A stretch of 64,000 nt of DNA from Minisyncoccota bacterium (lineage in GTDB: Bacteria > Patescibacteriota > Minisyncoccia > UBA6257 > JAGOQP01): the NCBI GenBank assembly GCA_041661795.1, contig JBAZTS010000001.1:39459-103458 (forward strand), written 5' to 3'. Positions 28,619 through 37,836 of this stretch are shown here, one piece after another (the first letter of the stretch is position 1; every line of letters starts with the position of its first letter). Under the pieces are notes generated by a model, which was given only the letters and a program-made list of their open reading frames with translations, made no database searches and was not told where the DNA came from. The position numbers and the translations under genes were made by a program.

Positions 28619-29539
28619 TCAATTATTGCCAAGGACTTCAAAGGTTTCTGGATTGTAATAAATGCGATCATATATTTCAAATGGTTTTCCGATCAAGCCA
28701 TCTCTTTCAATTGGTACGTCTAGGTCCCATCTGTCCCAATAAGAAATGTAAGAACCATTTTTATCCTCCCCAGCGGAGATGACATAATTTTTCATAATCC
28801 ATTCGGCAAATCCGACACTGACAAACCAATCATCCCATTCGTAGATAGATTTTCCTTTATTCCTATGAGCGCCATCTACTAATCTTTTAATTGTTTCTGG
28901 GTTAAATTTAGATAATTTTTCTGAAAAACTGTTAATTTTGTAATAATAGATATCATCCTTGCTTTTGCTTGGTTTATAGTCAGAAATTCCGAATGTGTCG
29001 TTTCTTTGGGGTAAACCCAAGTAAAGACGCCAGGCGTCCTCGCGTCCGCCTTCCGCGTTCTCTGATATAGCTCTTCCCTCAATGAGATTCTTTAGGATAT
29101 CAGCGCCATGCGGTTTATAACCAAATGGATGAACTCCTCTATGCAGCACATTGCTCATGATCGGCTTATATGTTGCCGCTTGTTCGGAAGTAATTCCTTT
29201 TGTCGCCATCTCAATTTTTGCACGCTGAACCATCTCATCGAATGTCTCCGGTTTCTTATGAGGATTATCACTGGAAACATTAAGAGTCAACCCAGTAAGT
29301 ATAACGATACGAACGTAGGCGAATATCGCTTCCCTAAACTTGCGACCCAAAGACATGATCATTTTTTTCTTTGCTGGATCTAGTTCTTGGGAAATTTTAG
29401 CTTCAACGTCTTTATCTATGCTATCAATTTCTTCCACAGAAAGACCAACGAGATTCTTGATCTCGTCGGATACTACTTCCACTTCCGGTCTTTCGGCCAC
29501 CTTATTTGTTGGGCTTTTTATTTCTGGTGTTTCTCTCAT
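28619..29539 (-). CDS. hypothetical cytoplasmic protein
   Basis: 306-aa ORF, Trp/Tyr-rich C-terminal half, no recognisable domain. Confidence 0.5.
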   Translation of the reverse strand: MRETPEIKSPTNKVAERPEVEVVSDEIKNLVGLSVEEIDSIDKDVEAKISQELDPAKKKMIMSLGRKFREAIFAYVRIVILTGLTLNVSSDNPHKKPETFDEMVQRAKIEMATKGITSEQAATYKPIMSNVLHRGVHPFGYKPHGADILKNLIEGRAISENAEGGREDAWRLYLGLPQRNDTFGISDYKPSKSKDDIYYYKINSFSEKLSKFNPETIKRLVDGAHRNKGKSIYEWDDWFVSVGFAEWIMKNYVISAGEDKNGSYISYWDRWDLDVPIERDGLIGKPFEIYDRIYYNPETFEVLGNN

Positions 29540-29906
29540 CGTTAATAGTGATAATCTCGTCGTTATTTAGTTGATTAAGTTTTGCGACAAAAGAACGATA
29601 AAGTTCTTTAATTACCTTTTCTTTTTGCTTTAAGTCATTTTTTATTTCTTCGCTTAACGGCATAAATTAATTTAATCATAATTTATTTCCAGAGTCCATA
29701 TTGAGTTCAACCAAAAAGTCGGTTTTATCTGGTTATTTTTCAATGCTCCTCGGGTCCTACTTCGCACAAGGCTACGTACGGACACTGTGGAAACATTATT
29801 ATCTATTTTTTAAATACCTTTTTATATCTATAATTTTGCCACCAACCTCTGTATAACAATTTTTGCATAGAATGACGGGGCCATTTGATGCTTAGTAAAA
29901 ATTTGT

Positions 29907-30563
29907 CTACCCAGTTTTAACACCATCTCCCCTTAATTCATCTTCTACTTGTTTTAGGAATTTAATTAGAAACAAGTGCCGTTTCTTAGCTATTTTTTTA
30001 CCAGTTCCAGTCCGCATCAGATCATAGATTTTTAGTAATCTCAAAAAAAACAGATCTACATCAAATTCCGTGTGCGGAGGAATAGATTTTCTTCTAAACG
30101 GATCTATAGGATGATAGAAACCTCTATTCATTTGTCCACCAGAAGAAAAAGTTCTCAAGATAGAAATGGCTCCAGTTGATTCGATTCCATCGGCATCCTG
30201 CAACACTTTCCCTTCAATTGTTTTTGAAATAATTCCCTTTCTAAATGAACACTGCTGAATACAAGTTTTAACTAAGTCAATTTTAGTTTTTGGATACCAA
30301 GACAATGAAGATAGGACTTGTTCTGCCACCTTAGCACTTTCATCTGTTTCATTTAGGCTGTTGCTGGTATTTTTTTGATAAACAATAACATCATGAAAAA
30401 TCGCCGCAGGGATAACAACTTCTAAATCAGCTTTTTCTTTCTTTCCGATTTTTTCAGCAAGATGTAAAACACGTAAAACGTGATTGAAGTCATGAGAGGG
30501 ATCATTCTTGATTTGTTTTTCTTGAGCTATTTTGATTAATTGATCTTTGTACTTTTTTTGCAT
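29907..30563 (-). CDS. HD domain phosphohydrolase
   Basis: H...HD metal motif (FNHVLRVLHLA ... AAIFHDV) and downstream Asp. Confidence 0.7.
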   Translation of the reverse strand: MQKKYKDQLIKIAQEKQIKNDPSHDFNHVLRVLHLAEKIGKKEKADLEVVIPAAIFHDVIVYQKNTSNSLNETDESAKVAEQVLSSLSWYPKTKIDLVKTCIQQCSFRKGIISKTIEGKVLQDADGIESTGAISILRTFSSGGQMNRGFYHPIDPFRRKSIPPHTEFDVDLFFLRLLKIYDLMRTGTGKKIAKKRHLFLIKFLKQVEDELRGDGVKTG

Positions 30564-30648
30564 ATATCAATGTTCTGATTTTCTCTAAAAAGTTAGTATC
30601 TAGTTTATTTGCTCCGACTGATAGACGACATTAGAACCTGTTTATAAA

Positions 30649-31224
30649 CTAAAGAATATTAATACCAAACTTCTTAAGTTCTACGGATAATGAGAAAATG
30701 GGAAGGCCAATAATATTAAAATAATCTCCTTCTATTCTTTCGATAAATAAAGACGCTATGCCCTGCATAGCATAACCTCCACCTTTATCCAATGGTTCTC
30801 CAGAAGCAACATAAGCGTTTATTTCATAATCAGAAAGATTTTTGAAATAAACTTTTGTTTCTACTGATTTAGAAACTTGTTTATTGGTTTTGGTATCAAT
30901 TATAGCAAAACCGGTTATAACAGAATGCACTCTACCACTAAGTTTACTCAACATGGCCTTAGCTCGTTCTTCTGTTTTTGGTTTACCAAGAAATTCTCCA
31001 TCAAGAACACAAAATGTATCCGCTGCGATGATGATTGAATCTTTATGTTTCAAAGCTACATCTTTTGCCTTACCCAAAGACAAATATTCAGCTAATTTAC
31101 TTGGCTCCATTTTTAAGCTCATATCTTCTTGATAATTACTTGGATCTACTTCAAATTGTAAACCAACTTGTGAAAGTAATTCCTTTCTTCTTGGAGATGA
31201 TGATGCTAAAACTATTTTTTTCAT
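30649..31224 (-). CDS. maf: Maf-like nucleoside triphosphate pyrophosphatase (septum formation protein Maf)
   Basis: N-terminal LASSSPRRKELL, conserved AADTF and catalytic K/E positions; 191 aa. Confidence 0.85.
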   Translation of the reverse strand: MKKIVLASSSPRRKELLSQVGLQFEVDPSNYQEDMSLKMEPSKLAEYLSLGKAKDVALKHKDSIIIAADTFCVLDGEFLGKPKTEERAKAMLSKLSGRVHSVITGFAIIDTKTNKQVSKSVETKVYFKNLSDYEINAYVASGEPLDKGGGYAMQGIASLFIERIEGDYFNIIGLPIFSLSVELKKFGINIL

Positions 31225-31278
31225 ATTTTTATTCTATCAAAAAATCGCCACAAAGACGATTCCTTGAAAACATCCGCT
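31225..31278 (-). promoter_or_regulatory. conserved 5' cassette copy G (AGCGGATGTTTTCAAGGAATCGTCTTTGTGGCGATTTTTTGATAGAAT) upstream of maf
   Basis: 54/55 nt identical to 32372-32426; extended -10 TGATAGAAT 6 nt from the ATG; contains imperfect palindrome TCAAgGAATCG...CGATTtTTTGA. Confidence 0.5.
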
Positions 31279-31370
31279 CCCTGCCTACCAGCAGGCAGGC
31301 GACTAATAGACGACATTACTTGTCCGCCCGTAGCTTTATGCGAAGGAGGAGAACTTGTCTGAGATAAGTA

Positions 31371-31763
31371 TTATTGGAGTTTAAACTCTTCTTCTTTGTA
31401 TCGTTTAACCAATTTTTGATATTTATTTTTTGTGTCTTCACTAGAAAGAAGAAAAGCGCGGTCTCTTATTTCACCTTTTAAATTAGGTCTATTTTCTCCG
31501 AATTGGCTCTCAGAAAAATCAATTTCCTCACCGTTGGGTAAGCAATTCCAGTAATGATTACCAGACCAGCCAGTTCCCTCAAGAGATGCCCATAATATCT
31601 CTCCTTTTAAAATATCTTGAGCTAAAAGGGTTATTACTGCACAATGGCCCTGGAAAGGATTGTTAGGATTCCATTCTTTTCTAGATTGATGAGTATCTGC
31701 AGAACATATTTTCGGAAATATTTGTTTAAGAATTTTTATTTCTTCTGCGAATTCCATGAACAA
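31371..31763 (-). CDS. hypothetical protein
   Basis: 130 aa, Cys/His/Trp-containing (CSADTHQ...GHCAV...), promoter GTTAGAAC-N5-TAAAAT 6 nt upstream. Confidence 0.45.
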   Translation of the reverse strand: MFMEFAEEIKILKQIFPKICSADTHQSRKEWNPNNPFQGHCAVITLLAQDILKGEILWASLEGTGWSGNHYWNCLPNGEEIDFSESQFGENRPNLKGEIRDRAFLLSSEDTKNKYQKLVKRYKEEEFKLQ

Positions 31764-31794
31764 ATTTTACCAGAGTTCTAACGTCCAGCATAGG

Positions 31795-31832
31795 TATAAA
31801 AATAACCAGTGTTATGTCTGGTTATTTTCAAA
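31795..31832 (-). terminator. hairpin terminator downstream of the GNAT gene (conserved module)
   Basis: AATAACCAG-tgttatgt-CTGGTTATT 9-bp perfect stem plus TTTTCAAAG; preceded by GCTCCG...GATGTTAGAAAC. Confidence 0.55.
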
Positions 31833-31864
31833 GCTCCGCATGCTGAACGATGTTAGAAACTGTC

Positions 31865-32371
31865 TTAGGCAATAGCTAATTTACTTTTCTTCCAAGCACT
31901 CTTCATAAGCTCCATCATAATAACTTTTGAAAGATATTTATTATCTTTATAAAGTTTTATTCCCTTCTTATGAAAACCGAGCTTTTTATATGTACTAATA
32001 GCATTCTTGTTTTCTGGCCTGACTTCAAGATAAGCTTTTTTATAATTTAACTTTACAAACCCCATTTGAAGTATTTTTCTAAGAGCCCAAGTTCCAACCC
32101 CTTTTCCTCGATGCTTCCGTTCTCCTATAATTATGGGAGTCCTGAAAACGGTCTTACTTTTTCTCCTAACCATAATGTGTCCAATCGGTTTTGTGTCAGC
32201 TAAAATAATAAATTGAGGATTTTTTGACTTCAATAATTTTGGAAAGAATTTAGCAATTTTGACAGGATCTTCTTTTCTACCGCTTGTCATACTTATTAAA
32301 TAAGGATCAGTCCACCACTTAATAAAGTATTTTTTATCGGAAAGTTTTGGTGGTCGTAAATTTAAGTTCAT
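31865..32371 (-). CDS. GNAT family N-acetyltransferase
   Basis: Motif A RGKGVGTWALRKILQMGF (Q/RxxGxG/A), 168 aa. Confidence 0.75.
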   Translation of the reverse strand: MNLNLRPPKLSDKKYFIKWWTDPYLISMTSGRKEDPVKIAKFFPKLLKSKNPQFIILADTKPIGHIMVRRKSKTVFRTPIIIGERKHRGKGVGTWALRKILQMGFVKLNYKKAYLEVRPENKNAISTYKKLGFHKKGIKLYKDNKYLSKVIMMELMKSAWKKSKLAIA

Positions 32372-32426
32372 ATTTCTATTCTATCAAAAAACCGCCACAA
32401 AGACGATTCCTTGAAAACATCCGCTT
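32372..32426 (-). promoter_or_regulatory. conserved 5' cassette copy I upstream of the GNAT gene
   Basis: Near-identical to 31225-31278; extended -10 TGATAGAAT 6 nt from the ATG. Confidence 0.5.
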
Positions 32427-32496
32427 GGGCTGTTAGACCAAGTCATAATTTTATTCTTGAAATATTCAATTTTTTTTGTTAATCTCTTAAACGTAT

Positions 32497-32571
32497 TCCC
32501 CGGTAGCTCAATGGTAGAGCGGATCCCTGTTAAGGATAAGGTTGTAGGTTCGAGTCCTACCCGGGGAGCCA
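32497..32571 (+). tRNA. tRNA-Asn (anticodon GTT), CCA encoded
   Basis: Cloverleaf: acceptor TCCCCGG/CCGGGGA, D-arm GCTC-AATGGTA-GAGC, anticodon loop CTGTTAA, T-arm GTAGG-TTCGAGT-CCTAC, discriminator G plus CCA. Confidence 0.9.
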
Positions 32572-32577
32572 ATATAA

Positions 32578-32606
32578 AAAATACGTCAATACGGCGTATT
32601 TTTTAT
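32578..32606 (+). terminator. hairpin plus T-tract terminator downstream of tRNA-Asn
   Basis: AAAATACG-tcaatacgg-CGTATTTTTT. Confidence 0.45.
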
Positions 32607-32638
32607 ATTTATTCAAATATTAATGCTATAATAATATT

Positions 32639-33463
32639 ATGGATAAAAAAATTATTTTCCCAATAGTTGCCCTCTTGTTGTTAGTCGGGGCAGTTCTTAT
32701 TTTTCAAAGTCAACAAAAAGATACAGATAATGGAAACATAGCTTGTACTGAAGAAGCCAAGCTTTGTCCTGACGGATCCGCCGTTGGTCGCACTGGCCCT
32801 AATTGCGAGTTTGCCGCGTGTCCCCTAGTTGAAACTTCTGACAAACAAGAAAAGTTTAATAAATTAATCACTATGCGTGTAACCGACAAAATCTTTTTTC
32901 CTGATAATTTATCGCTTACTCTCAAAGAAATAAATGATTCTCGCTGCAAACCAGATGTTCAATGTATTTGGCAGGGAGAGCTTTCGGGTGTGTTTTCTCT
33001 ATATATGGAAGGTTCTTCAAGAGAAATCCAACTTGGTACTGTTAATAATAGAGAAATTGATTTAAAAGATTATACGCTTTCTTTAGAGGGCGCTACAGAA
33101 AATAGCATGACAATTATGATTTCTGTAAATCCGGTGAATAACAACATAGGCAGTATTAGCGGTTACATTCATGTGGGTCCGGTATGTCCAGTTCAAGAAT
33201 ATCCAGAAAATCTAAACTGCGCTGACAGACCATTTACTAACGCTCAAGTAAATATTCTGGTTAAAAGCAGTGGCACTTTGGCAACTAGTATTAAGTCCGA
33301 CACAAATGGTAATTTTAATGTCAATCTTTATTCAGGTACATATTTGGTTAAAGTTTTACCTGAGTCAAATGGTATTTTGCCGAGCTGTTTTGGAAAAGAG
33401 GCAATTGTAACGGCAAATAAGGTTACGAATTTGGATATTTCCTGCGACTCTGGGATCCGTTAA
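32639..33463 (+). CDS. exported Cys-containing protein with C-terminal carboxypeptidase-regulatory-like (prealbumin fold) domain
   Basis: N-terminal signal anchor; C-terminal VNILVKSSGTLATSIKSDTNGNFNVNLYSGTYLVKV beta-sandwich pattern. Confidence 0.45.
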   Translation: MDKKIIFPIVALLLLVGAVLIFQSQQKDTDNGNIACTEEAKLCPDGSAVGRTGPNCEFAACPLVETSDKQEKFNKLITMRVTDKIFFPDNLSLTLKEINDSRCKPDVQCIWQGELSGVFSLYMEGSSREIQLGTVNNREIDLKDYTLSLEGATENSMTIMISVNPVNNNIGSISGYIHVGPVCPVQEYPENLNCADRPFTNAQVNILVKSSGTLATSIKSDTNGNFNVNLYSGTYLVKVLPESNGILPSCFGKEAIVTANKVTNLDISCDSGIR

Positions 33464-33490
33464 TAAATTGAATAAAATAACCAAACTTTT

Positions 33491-34435
33491 ATGAAATCTT
33501 TCTGGGGCAAATTTTTTGTTACTATAATCATTATTTTGTTGTTCTTAGGTTTTGGTTACTACTACAAAGATAATATTAATTATCTTTTCCAAAGTTTCTT
33601 AAATAGGTTCCAACCTTGTCAACAACCAATAGCATATTCTATCGCAGATATCGATCCACGGTTTAATATAACAGAAGCAAAATTGTTAAATAATATCATG
33701 CAGGCCGAAAAAATATGGGAATCATCAATTGATAAGCAATTATTTGAATACTCCCCTACTGGAAACTTAAAAATAAATCTTATTTACGACTACAGGCAAA
33801 AAGCCGCGGATGCATTGAAAGAACTGGGAATAGTCATTAATGATGACGAATCTACTTATAACGCGGTAAAAGCTGAATATGATTCACTTGTTAATTTGTA
33901 TGATAAAGAAGAAGCGTATATAACTACTCTGATTAAAAGTTATGATTTAGATAGAAAAGTTTTTGAAAAAGATGTTGACTATTGGAATAGTCACACCAGA
34001 GCAACAAAAAAAGAATATGACGCATTGGAACAAAGAAGAATTGATTTAAATAATCAAATTGCCATTATCAATCAAAAACAAGAGTCACTTAACAAATCAG
34101 GTGATATTATAAATTCAACGGTAATAGTTCTTAATAAATTAATTGCTGAGCTCAATCTTCAGGTAAATACTTATAATACAATCGGCACGTCAACTGGCGA
34201 GGAATTCAGCGAAGGCAGTTATACAAGTGATACAAGCGGTACAGCAATTAATATTTTTCAATTCAATAATGAAGATAAACTTATAAAAATTCTTGCTCAT
34301 GAATTGGGTCACGCGCTAGGATTAGAACATCTTGATAATCCTAATGCTATAATGAATCGTTTAGATGCGGGCATAAATGAAAAACTAACGGCAGATGATA
34401 TTACAGCTTTGAAAGAGAAATGTAGAATAAAATAA
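33491..34435 (+). CDS. N-anchored zinc metalloprotease (zincin HExxHxxGxxH, metzincin/matrixin-like) with coiled-coil
   Basis: TM anchor, coiled-coil middle, C-terminal ILAHELGHALGLEHLDNPNAIM. Confidence 0.6.
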   Translation: MKSFWGKFFVTIIIILLFLGFGYYYKDNINYLFQSFLNRFQPCQQPIAYSIADIDPRFNITEAKLLNNIMQAEKIWESSIDKQLFEYSPTGNLKINLIYDYRQKAADALKELGIVINDDESTYNAVKAEYDSLVNLYDKEEAYITTLIKSYDLDRKVFEKDVDYWNSHTRATKKEYDALEQRRIDLNNQIAIINQKQESLNKSGDIINSTVIVLNKLIAELNLQVNTYNTIGTSTGEEFSEGSYTSDTSGTAINIFQFNNEDKLIKILAHELGHALGLEHLDNPNAIMNRLDAGINEKLTADDITALKEKCRIK

Positions 34436-34445
34436 ATGTTATACC

Positions 34446-35417
34446 ATGCTTATTGATGATGTAAAAATACGAGTAGCGGCGGGAAACGGAGGAGACGGAA
34501 CCGTGTCTTTTAATAAAAATTTGATGACCCTGGGTCCGGTTGGCGGAAGTGGAGGCAAAGGAGGAAATATTTATATTGAGGGCGTTTCCGACTTAAGCGC
34601 ATTAAACAAGTTTCGTTTCAGAAAAGAAATTCAAGCAGAAGACGGACAAATCGGACGTTCACAATTTAGAGACGGCAGTGATGGAAAAGATTTAGTATTG
34701 ATAGTTCCTGTGGGCACAGTGGCTCACAATCTAAACACTCAAGAAGATATTGAAATAACCAAAATTGGTCAAAAAGAAATAATCGCCAAAGGAGGAAGTG
34801 GAGGAAGAGGAAATTTTCATTTTCGCGGACCCCATAATACATCTCCAAAACAATTTGAAAACGGAAAACTGGGAGAGTTGTTTGAATTTCATTTTGAACT
34901 GAAACTAATTGCCGATGTGGGATTTATAGGACTTCCCAATGTGGGGAAAACAAGTTTGTTAAACGAACTGACCAATGCTAAGAGCAAAGTAGCCAACTAC
35001 CCTTTTACAACTTTAGAACCAAATTTGGGAGTTTATTATGAATTAATACTAGCCGATATTCCCGGGCTTATTGAGGGAGCTTCTGTGGGAAAAGGCCTCG
35101 GTATCAGATTTTTACGGCACATAGAACGCACTAACGTGTTGTTTCATTTCGTTGCCTCAGATTCTTCAAGTCCGGTGACTGACTATAAAACGGTCAGAAA
35201 AGAACTTGGAAAGTACAATAAATTGCTTCTCAAGAAAAAGGAATATCTTTTTGTCAGTAAGAAAGATAACGTCTCTGAGAAAGATGCAGTCAATATCGTT
35301 AAAAAACTTAAAAAGCTGAACAAAAATATAATACCCGTTTCCATATTGGACGAAGAGAGCATTGACTCGGTTAAAAAGATACTCAATGAACTAATTTTAG
35401 AGAAAACCGAGAGTTAA
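34446..35417 (+). CDS. obg: GTPase Obg
   Basis: Obg fold N-terminus (AGNGGDGTVSF, GGKGGNIY), G1 GLPNVGKTS, G3 DIPG. Confidence 0.9.
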   Translation: MLIDDVKIRVAAGNGGDGTVSFNKNLMTLGPVGGSGGKGGNIYIEGVSDLSALNKFRFRKEIQAEDGQIGRSQFRDGSDGKDLVLIVPVGTVAHNLNTQEDIEITKIGQKEIIAKGGSGGRGNFHFRGPHNTSPKQFENGKLGELFEFHFELKLIADVGFIGLPNVGKTSLLNELTNAKSKVANYPFTTLEPNLGVYYELILADIPGLIEGASVGKGLGIRFLRHIERTNVLFHFVASDSSSPVTDYKTVRKELGKYNKLLLKKKEYLFVSKKDNVSEKDAVNIVKKLKKLNKNIIPVSILDEESIDSVKKILNELILEKTES

Positions 35418-35427
35418 TATTCTTTAC

Positions 35428-36183
35428 ATGAATCTAGACAAATTATTATTGATATTTTCGGCTTTTGACAAGGATGTTCTTAAAAATAAAGTTGGATTTA
35501 AAAATCCTTTATTTAAAAAGGAATATTTTTGTGACAACTCTTCGGAGGCATATATATTACTTGGCCCTTGGCATGCCAATTCACAAACGTTTTATTTATT
35601 AAGAGATAAAATTATAAATTCCGGTTACTCATATATCCAGTATGATTTTATCCCCGACATCTTATCACCCGACATTAAAGGAACAAAAAAATATTTTGAA
35701 TATATATCAGAAAATATAAAAAAGGACATTGAGGAGATAAACAAAAAACACAAAATAGACAAATTTATCGTCATGGGATTTAGCTTAAGCTGCGTGACAG
35801 CAAGTATGATTTCTGGGTCCAACAAACTAGTCAAGGGAGTGATTTTAGTCGCTCCGGGAAACACCCTTGCCGAACCGATGTGGTATGGACTAAGAACCGC
35901 CAGCATCAGAAAAGTCATGGAGAAAAATAAAATTGACCTTCCGTATTTAAAGGAACAGTGGGAAAACTTAGCTCCCGAGAAATATGCTCCGGGTCTAAAG
36001 GGCAAAAAAGTCAAAATAATACTTTCGCAAAGCGACCTGATAATCCCCTATTCTTTTGGAAAAGAACTTGCCCAAAAAGTAAAAAAATACGTTCCCAATA
36101 TTGTAGTTAAAGAAAATAAGCATCTTGGGCACTATGGAACGATTATAAATTTCTGTTTTATATCAAAAGACATAAGCATATAG
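35428..36183 (+). CDS. alpha/beta hydrolase fold esterase
   Basis: Nucleophile elbow VMGFSLSC (GxSxG variant), C-terminal His (HLGHYG). Confidence 0.5.
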   Translation: MNLDKLLLIFSAFDKDVLKNKVGFKNPLFKKEYFCDNSSEAYILLGPWHANSQTFYLLRDKIINSGYSYIQYDFIPDILSPDIKGTKKYFEYISENIKKDIEEINKKHKIDKFIVMGFSLSCVTASMISGSNKLVKGVILVAPGNTLAEPMWYGLRTASIRKVMEKNKIDLPYLKEQWENLAPEKYAPGLKGKKVKIILSQSDLIIPYSFGKELAQKVKKYVPNIVVKENKHLGHYGTIINFCFISKDISI

Positions 36184-36293
36184 AAAGCTTGCTATTATGA
36201 TGGAAATAAGAGATAATCAGGTTTGGATGTAAGTTTCAAAGGAACGAATAGACAATTAGTCGACTTACTCAAGTAAATTATTAAAAAATAAAT

Positions 36294-36656
36294 ATGGCAA
36301 AAAAATTATTTGTCGGCGGATTGTCTTATGACACCACTGATGGGACCTTAAAAGACACTTTTGCAGAAGCCGGAACTGTTGAAACAGCAACTGTTATTAT
36401 TGACAGAATGACTGGACGCTCAAAAGGATTCGGATTCGTAGAAATGTCCACAGAGGAGGAAGCCCAAAAAGCTATTGAAATGTTCAATGGCAAAGATATT
36501 GATGGAAGAAATATTACCGTCAATGAAGCCAAACCAATGGAAGCTCGCCCCCCAAGAAGAGATGGAGGAGGGTTTAACAGAGGCGGAGGCGGAGGAGGCG
36601 GAAGAGACAGAGGAAGCCGAGGAGGATTTGGCGGAGGTAGCAGAAGAGATTACTAA
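36294..36656 (+). CDS. RRM-type RNA-binding protein with RGG-rich C-terminal tail
   Basis: RNP2 LFVGGL, RNP1 KGFGFVEM, tail RDGGGFNRGGGGGGGRDRGSRGGFGGG. Confidence 0.85.
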   Translation: MAKKLFVGGLSYDTTDGTLKDTFAEAGTVETATVIIDRMTGRSKGFGFVEMSTEEEAQKAIEMFNGKDIDGRNITVNEAKPMEARPPRRDGGGFNRGGGGGGGRDRGSRGGFGGGSRRDY

Positions 36657-36665
36657 ACGTAAATA

Positions 36666-36692
36666 AAAAGTCCCCTTCTATGGGGATTTTTT
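36666..36692 (+). terminator. rho-independent terminator
   Basis: AAAAAGTCCCC-ttctat-GGGGATTTTTT. Confidence 0.65.
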
Positions 36693-36730
36693 ATTTGTCA
36701 TTTAATTATAAACGTGATAGAATATAGCCA

Positions 36731-37126
36731 ATGACAAACAAGACAAAGAACGGACTAGACAAGACGTTCCAGAAGGTCCTAAAAACACCGGCTGGTTTTG
36801 ATTTTTTTATGGCAATTCATGACTTTATTGAGCATATTGAACTCAACGCCTCCCTTCTAAAAGACCTCTCATCCCGACTCAAAATAAACAAAGATTTGAA
36901 AATTCCGGGGAAATACGAGCATTTGAAGAAAATTTATCAGGGTTTAGAGGACATCAACAATAAATCCAAGTCCGATTTAGGACATAATAGATATGTTGTG
37001 ATTGTGGAGCTAAATAAAATCAAAAATAAGGACGTTTCGGAAAGTAATTTCTTTTGGAAAAAAAGAGAGTTGTTCAGAAAATCAGTGACTGAAATATATA
37101 ACCGACTAGTTCCGGAATTAGCATAG
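36731..37126 (+). CDS. hypothetical protein
   Basis: 131-aa ORF, charged, no recognisable domain. Confidence 0.4.
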   Translation: MTNKTKNGLDKTFQKVLKTPAGFDFFMAIHDFIEHIELNASLLKDLSSRLKINKDLKIPGKYEHLKKIYQGLEDINNKSKSDLGHNRYVVIVELNKIKNKDVSESNFFWKKRELFRKSVTEIYNRLVPELA

Positions 37127-37151
37127 ACAAATATAAATTGTATTAATAAAT

Positions 37152-37547
37152 ATGAAAAATAAAATAATTTATGTAGTTTTGACAGTTATTGTAGTTATAA
37201 TTGCCATTGTATTGTTCGCTGGTAAAAATAACAATCCTCAACCAGAAAATAATCAAACCAACGATCAGATAATAGAAAATATTCCCCAAGAAAATAACCC
37301 AGCCAAAATCAACGAATACACTCTTTTGCAGATATCGGGACATAAAGATGCTACAAGTTGCTGGAGCGCTGTTAATGGAGGAGTTTATGATTTAACTTTG
37401 TGGATTGCCAATCACCCTGGAGGACAGAAAGCCATATTAAAAATTTGTGGAAAAGATGGGTCAGCTGCTTTTAACAACCAGCACAGAGGGATGGCAAAGC
37501 AGGAAGCAACGTTAAAAACGTTTAGAATTGGAGATTTGGTTTTGTAA
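37152..37547 (+). CDS. membrane-anchored cytochrome b5-like heme-binding domain protein
   Basis: N-terminal TM, then HPGG motif (WIANHPGGQKAILKICGKDGSAAF) and second His. Confidence 0.7.
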   Translation: MKNKIIYVVLTVIVVIIAIVLFAGKNNNPQPENNQTNDQIIENIPQENNPAKINEYTLLQISGHKDATSCWSAVNGGVYDLTLWIANHPGGQKAILKICGKDGSAAFNNQHRGMAKQEATLKTFRIGDLVL

Positions 37548-37552
37548 ATAGA

Positions 37553-37646
37553 CAAGCTAAACAGGCATTTGTGTCCATCGGGGGCTTGTCCTCGTTCCGA
37601 TAAGTCGAAACTGCGGGGCCCCACTCAAAACACAAATGCCTGTTTT
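37553..37646 (+). terminator. long-stem structured element (16-bp inverted arms AAACAGGCATTTGTGT/ACACAAATGCCTGTTT around a 55-nt GC-rich core) followed by a T-run; terminator or small RNA
   Basis: Perfect 16-bp arms; interior contains GGGGCCCC and CCG...CGG sub-stems; followed by TTTTTTATAT. Confidence 0.45.
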
Positions 37647-37836
37647 TTATATAGATAGAATTACGGAATTGACTTTTGTGGCGGAATAATTTAGTATCTT
37701 AATAATGCAAGTAAATCCATCACAACCTAAACAACTGTTAGGTGTGAGGATAAATTGGTTTTCTCCCTCTTTACACAAATAAATAAGTGTAAGTGGTCAA
37801 GTAGAAAAATTATTAAGTCGGCTTGCTAAAAAATTT

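Noticed and set aside
32384-32666. ORF-track entries 32384-32572 (-) and 32457-32666 (+)
   Set aside because: Both overlap the tRNA-Asn gene (32497-32571). The minus-strand translation (...GLEPTTLSL...) is the typical tRNA read-through artefact.
36475-36666. ORF 36475-36666 (+) encoding an E/A-rich peptide
   Set aside because: This is an alternative frame through the (GGN)n tail of the RRM gene.
4352-37646. MITE interpretation of the two long inverted-repeat elements
   Set aside because: The two elements share no terminal sequence and have no obvious target-site duplications. Their position at gene 3' ends favours a terminator or small RNA.
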